From Candidatus Omnitrophota bacterium (GTDB taxonomy: Bacteria > Omnitrophota > Gorgyraeia > Aquiviventales > Aquiviventaceae): 64,000 nucleotides of DNA. The first letter of the stretch is position 1. Every line of letters starts with the position of its first letter. Below the pieces are notes generated by a model that saw only the letters and a list, made by a program, of their open reading frames with translations, was not told the DNA's origin and did not search any database. A program made the position numbers and the translations under genes. Positions 59,205 to 64,000 of the stretch are shown here, piece after piece. The stretch covers positions 17,299 to 81,298 of the forward strand of contig JACPSQ010000086.1 of NCBI GenBank assembly GCA_016193195.1. Reading direction: 5' to 3'.

Positions 59205-59313
59205 CACCACAGATGACACAGAATGTCCACAGAAGCACAGAGCATTGCTCGTCGAGAACCCCTCTGTGGCTCTGTGGCGTTTCTGTGGTTTTGTGGTGTC
59301 ATCTGGGGTTTTT
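59205..59313 (+). terminator. Long imperfect hairpin followed by a T-run (candidate intrinsic terminator / structured RNA)
   Basis: CACCACAGATGACACAG (59205-59221) pairs with TGTGGTGTCATCTGGGG (59293-59308). An inner stem CCACAGAAGCACAGAG pairs with CTCTGTGGCTCTGTGG. TTTTT follows at 59309-59313. Confidence 0.45.
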
Positions 59314-59341
59314 CAGCACCCTGCTAGACTAACACCGTGCG

Positions 59342-60430
59342 ATGCACACGGACCTGACGACGTTCTGCGTCAAGGCCACGGACCCGCTCCGGGCGGTCGT
59401 GGCCCAGATGGATCGCAATCGCCTGGGCATCGCCCTGGTCATCGATGAAGCGCGGCGGCTGGTTGGCGCGGTCACCGATGGGGACGTCCGCCGTGCGATC
59501 CTGAGCCGGTTGGAGTTCGAGCGGCCTGTTGAAACCCTGCTGGCCCGGAAGGCGGGAACCGCCCATGCGAAGCCGATCACAGCGCGCCAAGGTGCCGATC
59601 GGCAGACGCTGCTCAACGTGCTGCAACAGCATCGGATTCTGCACCTGCCCCTCGTGGATGAACAGCAGCACGTCGTAGGACTGGTGACGCTGGATGAGTT
59701 TGTGCCGGAGAAGGCGTTGCCGATTCAAGCGGTGGTGATGGCGGGGGGGAAGGGGAGCCGCCTGCATCCCCTGACCAACGAGTTGCCCAAGCCGATGTTG
59801 CGGGTGGGCGACCGGCCGGTGTTGGAGATCATCATCGGGCAGTTGCGCGAAGCCGGCATCCGCCAGGTCAAGGTGACGACGCACCATAAGACGGAGAAAA
59901 TCGCCGGGCATTTCGGTGACGGGAATCGTTTTGGGGTGGAGCTCTCCTATGTGGAAGAAGATCATCCCCTGGGCACGGTCGGCGGGCTGGGCCTCTTGGA
60001 GGTTCCAAAAGAGACGACCCTGGTGATCAACGGCGACATCCTGACACGAGTGGATTTCCGGGCGATGCTCCTCTACCACCGAGAGCACCAGGCCGATCTG
60101 ACCGTCGCCGTCCGTCAATACGATGTGAGGGTCCCCTACGGGGTCGTCGAATGTGAGGGGCCAAACGTGCGCAAGATCAGCGAGAAACCCGCCCTCATCT
60201 TGTTTATCAACGCGGGGGTCTATCTGCTTGAACCGGCTGTCTACCAGTATATCCCGAACGGCCAGCGCCTTGACATGACTGACCTGATCCAGCGGCTCCT
60301 CAGCGAGGGGCGAAGCGTCGTGAGCTTTCCGATCCGGGAGTATTGGCTTGATATCGGGCAACGTGAAGACTACGAGCAGGCGCAGGCCGACGTCAAGGAG
60401 TGGGCCGTGGCCAAGCAGGTGACAGGATGA
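59342..60430 (+). CDS. CBS-pair + sugar-1-phosphate nucleotidyltransferase (PtmE-like)
   Basis: N-terminal tandem CBS motifs. AVVMAGGKGSRLHPLTNELPKPML is the NTP_transferase G-loop. Confidence 0.75.
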   Translation: MHTDLTTFCVKATDPLRAVVAQMDRNRLGIALVIDEARRLVGAVTDGDVRRAILSRLEFERPVETLLARKAGTAHAKPITARQGADRQTLLNVLQQHRILHLPLVDEQQHVVGLVTLDEFVPEKALPIQAVVMAGGKGSRLHPLTNELPKPMLRVGDRPVLEIIIGQLREAGIRQVKVTTHHKTEKIAGHFGDGNRFGVELSYVEEDHPLGTVGGLGLLEVPKETTLVINGDILTRVDFRAMLLYHREHQADLTVAVRQYDVRVPYGVVECEGPNVRKISEKPALILFINAGVYLLEPAVYQYIPNGQRLDMTDLIQRLLSEGRSVVSFPIREYWLDIGQREDYEQAQADVKEWAVAKQVTG

Positions 60431-61413
60431 GTCTGTGGACAGGCAAGGCGGTGCTGGTTACGGGAGCGGGTGGATTCATCGGCAGCCACCTGGCCGAGCG
60501 GCTGGTCGAGCTAGGCGCCTACGTCAAGGCCCTGGTCCGCTATCGCTCCAACGGTTCATGGGGTTGGCTGGATCAGATACCGGCGAGAGAGGCAGTTGAG
60601 GTTATTGCAGGCGACCTCTGCGATCGAGAGAGCGTCAGGCAAGCCCTGAAAGGCGCGCAGGTAGTCTTCCACCTCGCCGCGTTCATCGCCATCCCGTATT
60701 CGTACCAGGTCCCCGAGACCTTCGTCCTGGTTAACATCGGGGGGACGCTGAACCTCCTGCAGGCCGCGCGCGACTACGGGGTGGAGCGATTCATCCACAC
60801 CTCCACCAGCGAGGTGTACGGGACCGCCCGCAACGTGCCGATTGACGAATCCCACCCGCTCCAGGCCCAATCACCCTATGCGGCGTCCAAGATCGCCACG
60901 GACAAACTGGTCGAATCCTTCCATCTGTCCTTCGATCTGCCCACCGTGACGGTGCGGCCGTTTAATACGTTTGGCCCCCGACAGTCGGCTCGTGCGATTG
61001 TGCCGACGATCATCACGCAGTGCTTGACCGACACGACCGTGCGCGTCGGCAACCTGACGCCGACCCGTGATATGAATTACGTGAGCGACATCGTCCAGGG
61101 GTTTGTGCGAGCGGCCGAATGTCCCGAAGCGATTGGCCGGACCTTCAACCTCGGCTCAGGGCGCGAAACCAGCATGGCTGATCTCGTGGGCTTGATCGCC
61201 GCCCTGATGGGCAAGTCGCCGGCGATGGCGGTGGAAGACAGCCGGATCCGTCCGGCCCACAGTGAAGTGGAGCGGCTGGTCGCCGACAGCACCGCCGCTC
61301 GAGCGGTCCTGGGATGGGAACCGATCGTGTCGCTTGAAGAAGGGATCCGACTCACGTTCGAGTGGATTCAGGAGCATCTGGATGCCTACCGTCCGGGCAT
61401 GTACGTCCTCTGA
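60427..61413 (+). CDS. NAD-dependent nucleotide-sugar epimerase/dehydratase (LegB/PseB-like candidate)
   Basis: VLVTGAGGFIGSH, HTSTSEVYG and YAASKIATD (YxxxK). ATGA-coupled. Confidence 0.8.
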   Translation: MSLWTGKAVLVTGAGGFIGSHLAERLVELGAYVKALVRYRSNGSWGWLDQIPAREAVEVIAGDLCDRESVRQALKGAQVVFHLAAFIAIPYSYQVPETFVLVNIGGTLNLLQAARDYGVERFIHTSTSEVYGTARNVPIDESHPLQAQSPYAASKIATDKLVESFHLSFDLPTVTVRPFNTFGPRQSARAIVPTIITQCLTDTTVRVGNLTPTRDMNYVSDIVQGFVRAAECPEAIGRTFNLGSGRETSMADLVGLIAALMGKSPAMAVEDSRIRPAHSEVERLVADSTAARAVLGWEPIVSLEEGIRLTFEWIQEHLDAYRPGMYVL

Positions 61414-62632
61414 GCCTCGGGAGGGTACGAAGGGGCGGTGGATTCCGCTGAGCGAGCCGCATCTCGCCGGCAACGAGTGGAGGTATCTCAAGGAGTGCCT
61501 GGACAGCGGCTGGATCTCATCGGCCGGGCCGTTTGTGGAGCGGTTTGAGCAAGCGTTTACCACATACATCAGGGACGGCCGACCGGGAACCCCTGCCGTC
61601 GGAGTCGTCAACGGCACCGCAGGTTTGCATGTAGCACTGCGCGCCGCGCTGGTACAGCCTGATGATGAAGTGCTGGTGCCAACGCTGACCTTTATTGCGC
61701 CGGTCAACGCGATCCGTTATTGCCAGGCGCATCCGGTCTTCATCGATGCGGATCCGCTGACGTGGCAGATTGACGTGAAGCAGGTGGAAGCATTTCTCGA
61801 ACGCGAGTGCGAGGTGAGGCCGGATGTTCCGGGCCCGGGCGTATCGACCAAGACATGTTGGAACAAGCGGACAAAGCGGTGCGTGCGGGCGATCATCCCG
61901 GTACACCTGCTGGGTTTGGCTTGCGATATGGAGCCGCTGATGGCGCTGGCCAGGCGATACCATTTGCGCGTTGTTGAGGACGCCTGCGAAGCGATCGGAG
62001 TGCGTTATGGTCCTTTTCATGTTGGCACACGGGGCCACCTGGGGGTCTTTAGCTTTAACGGGAATAAGACGCTGACGTGCGGCGGCGGGGGGATGGTGGT
62101 GGCGCGCAAGCCATACGCCGACTATGTGCGATACCTGACGACCCAGGCGCGGGATGGTTCGCGGGAATATTATCATCAGGAAATTGGCTACAACTATCGG
62201 CTGACGAACCTGCACGCGGCGATTGGCTTGGCGCAACTGGAGCAGGCGGAGCGGTTGCTGGCGCGCAAACGAGCCATCGCCGCGGCGTACGAACAGGCCC
62301 TGCGCGACGTCGACGGGATCACGCTGATGCCGGCGCCTCCGCACACCGAGCCTGGCTATTGGCTGTACACCATCCTCCTGAGGGAAGGCACGACGGTGGC
62401 TCAGCGCAACGCCGTGCTGGATCGGTTGGCCGCGGAAGATATCGAGGCGCGGCCGTTGTGGCAACCAATCCACACGCAGCCGCCCTACCAGGGCTGCCAA
62501 CGCGCCGGCTCGATGACGGTGGCCAACGACGTGTACGAGCGGGCCGTGAGCCTCCCAAGCAGCGTCGGATTGAACATGGTGGAGCTTGAGCGGTGCGTTG
62601 AGGTCGTTCGCCGGCTTCTTGCAGGAGCATGA
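61382..62632 (+). CDS. DegT/DnrJ/EryC1-family sugar aminotransferase
   Basis: WIPLSEPHLAGNEWRYLKECLDSGWISS is the canonical DegT N-terminus. The only in-frame start upstream is ATG 61382, which overlaps the previous gene by 32 nt. Confidence 0.8.
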   Translation: MPTVRACTSSEPREGTKGRWIPLSEPHLAGNEWRYLKECLDSGWISSAGPFVERFEQAFTTYIRDGRPGTPAVGVVNGTAGLHVALRAALVQPDDEVLVPTLTFIAPVNAIRYCQAHPVFIDADPLTWQIDVKQVEAFLERECEVRPDVPGPGVSTKTCWNKRTKRCVRAIIPVHLLGLACDMEPLMALARRYHLRVVEDACEAIGVRYGPFHVGTRGHLGVFSFNGNKTLTCGGGGMVVARKPYADYVRYLTTQARDGSREYYHQEIGYNYRLTNLHAAIGLAQLEQAERLLARKRAIAAAYEQALRDVDGITLMPAPPHTEPGYWLYTILLREGTTVAQRNAVLDRLAAEDIEARPLWQPIHTQPPYQGCQRAGSMTVANDVYERAVSLPSSVGLNMVELERCVEVVRRLLAGA

Positions 62633-62732
62633 CAGCCTTCATTGAGCGTTTGACCCTGCTTTTTCTCTGGTGAGGCAACGCAACGCCGCGAATTTTTGAT
62701 CAGCACGCGTGCCATATTCTTGGTGTAACCGC

Positions 62733-63710
62733 ATGAAGGTATTCATCAATCCCGAAAGGTCAAAACGGGTGATTACAACAATAGCGATCGGCGACGATTA
62801 CTACAACCCATGGAAAAAATACGCATTCCCGACATGGAAGAAATATTGTGAGCGGTACGGTCTGGGGTTGATTGTGTTCGATGCTGACTTGATTCCAAAG
62901 GACAGCAAAATATGGAAAAAGCCAACCTGGCAGAAGTTGCTTATTGGCAATGCGTTGAAGCGTACGTTGCCGGCCGTGACCGAGGTTTGCTACCTCGATA
63001 GCGACACCTTGATTAACTACACGGCTCCGAATGTGTTTGATGTCTATATCCCTGGAACCATCGGGTTGGTATCTTCACTGAAAAACTTGCCCTATTCCCT
63101 GGAAGAGGTATTACGGCGCATCGCATTTTTCAGACACAATTGTTATGATCAACGTTACCCCCTAGATTCCGCGTTATTCATTTCCGTGGAGCGTTATTAT
63201 CAGTTTCATGGGCTGGCGCCTCAAGCCGACATTGCATGTATGGGGATGTTTCTATTCAATGTGAGCGATCACGCGGAGTTGATGGGAGACTGGTTTTCTA
63301 AATACGACCGGCAGGTACAATCAATGTCGGGGGGCGGTGAAGGAGCCCATCTGAACTACGAGATGCAAAGTTGGGGAAACATTTGTTGGCTTGATTACAA
63401 ATTTCAGGCGATATGGACTTATGAAATGGCTTGGAAGTATCCATTTTTATATGATTTCGGTCGAAGAAAGAAGGCGTTGATCAGAGAATGTATCGAGGCG
63501 TCGCTTTTTACAAATTATTTCTTACATTTTGCCGGTTCTTGGTATGAGAACGATATGTGGCAGGTGGGTGGGGTGCTTGTGGATCTACGCCAAAGAAAGA
63601 AATTCGAGGATTTCAGTGAATATGTAAGACGTCCTGTATCTGGCGAACCAGTGGGAATAATAAAGCCAAAGAAAACTGACCGTCTCCTGAGGCGGCGCCG
63701 GCCCAATTAA
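62733..63710 (+). CDS. Low-GC putative GT-A-fold glycosyltransferase (DxD; GT8 / Nucleotid_trans-like)
   Basis: VCYLDSDTL (DxD) and LHFAGSWYEN. GC content is visibly lower (about 45%) than the rest of the window. Alternative upstream ATG at 62709. Confidence 0.5.
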   Translation: MKVFINPERSKRVITTIAIGDDYYNPWKKYAFPTWKKYCERYGLGLIVFDADLIPKDSKIWKKPTWQKLLIGNALKRTLPAVTEVCYLDSDTLINYTAPNVFDVYIPGTIGLVSSLKNLPYSLEEVLRRIAFFRHNCYDQRYPLDSALFISVERYYQFHGLAPQADIACMGMFLFNVSDHAELMGDWFSKYDRQVQSMSGGGEGAHLNYEMQSWGNICWLDYKFQAIWTYEMAWKYPFLYDFGRRKKALIRECIEASLFTNYFLHFAGSWYENDMWQVGGVLVDLRQRKKFEDFSEYVRRPVSGEPVGIIKPKKTDRLLRRRRPN

Positions 63711-63737
63711 GGTAGAAAGTACAATAGGCTTATGCAC

Positions 63738-63766
63738 TTGACGCCGGTACCCCCCACCGGTAGTAT
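63738..63766 (+). promoter_or_regulatory. Candidate sigma70 promoter for the transposase
   Basis: TTGACG, then a 17-nt palindromic spacer CCGGTACCCCCCACCGG, then TAGTAT. It ends 9 nt before the ATG at 63775. Confidence 0.4.
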
Positions 63767-63774
63767 CGGCGGGG

Positions 63775-63999
63775 ATGGACGACTACCCGAGGACGTTGAT
63801 GGAATTCGAGCGGCGCTTCTCCACCGAGGACGCCTGTCGGGCGTACCTGGTCCAGCTGCGCTGGCCTGATGGGATCTAGTGTCCCCGCTGCCATCAGCGG
63901 AAGGCATGGGCCATCACGCGTGGCCGGTACGAATGCGCACGGTGTGGCTTCCACATCTTCGTGTTGGCCGGCACGATCTTTCAAGATACGAAGCAGCCG
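63775..63999 (+). pseudogene. IS1595-family (ISXO2-like) transposase N-terminal Zn-ribbon domain with an in-frame TAG; truncated by window end
   Basis: MDDYPRTLMEFERRFSTEDACRAYLVQLRWPDGI, then TAG at 63877-63879, then CPRCHQRKAWAITRGRYECARCGFHIFVLAGTIFQDTKQP continuing in the same frame. This is the conserved IS1595 N-terminus. Confidence 0.6.
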
Positions 64000-64000
64000 C

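Noticed and set aside
63707-63984. Two minus-strand ORFs of 66 and 84 aa at the window end
   Set aside because: The plus strand here encodes a clearly recognisable IS1595 transposase N-terminus. The minus frames are Arg/Pro-rich shadows.
1-63999. CRISPR arrays, tRNA/rRNA genes, integrase or phage genes
   Set aside because: No regularly spaced direct repeats, no tRNA-like cloverleaf candidates in the few intergenic gaps, and no integrase or recombinase ORFs were seen. Only the truncated transposase at the 3' edge qualifies as mobile DNA.

Overview
This is a high-GC (about 62-64%) bacterial window that is almost entirely one very large glycan-biosynthesis locus, of the kind seen for LPS, capsule, S-layer or flagellin glycans. 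Organisation: (i) 1-5836 holds a plus-strand GT-C membrane glycosyltransferase and UDP-glucuronate decarboxylase converging on a minus-strand trio (GT4, formyltransferase, NodB-type deacetylase). (ii) 5837-6000 is a divergent promoter region carrying a perfect 7-3-7 palindrome. (iii) 6001-62632 is a single-strand array of about 57 plus-strand genes, densely coupled by ATGA and short start/stop overlaps. (iv) At the 3' edge sits a markedly low-GC (about 45%) glycosyltransferase followed by an IS1595-family transposase N-terminus interrupted by an in-frame TAG. The plus-strand array contains: a wHTH regulator; heptose-type activation genes (GmhB, GmhA-like SIS, and two HldE paralogs with reversed domain order) next to a transaldolase; many SDR/epimerase/dehydratase genes; three two-subunit ThDP enzymes (one E1 alpha/beta pair and two split transketolases) with no E2/E3 partner; three cobalamin-binding radical-SAM enzymes, a TylCIII-like sugar C-methyltransferase and three SAM methyltransferases; a SPASM radical-SAM; Glf; and a WbpA/WbpB-like dehydrogenase pair. 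It also holds a complete Ptm/Leg-type nonulosonic-acid module (CBS-nucleotidyltransferase, SIS isomerase, SDR, DegT, NeuD/PglD acetyltransferase, NeuC, NeuB, CMP-synthetase), a WbuXYZ-type acetamidino-forming trio, a DUF115/Maf-like protein, an MsbA/PglK-like ABC exporter, and several domain-poor proteins. The dense, co-directional concentration of C-C bond-forming and C-methylating enzymes around nucleotide-sugar genes is not explained by any textbook pathway I know. The most interesting hypothesis is a pathway for a hyper-modified (branched, methylated, possibly higher-carbon) sugar or nonulosonic acid. No rRNA, tRNA or CRISPR features were seen. All functional calls come from reading motifs in the supplied translations. 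No database search was possible.
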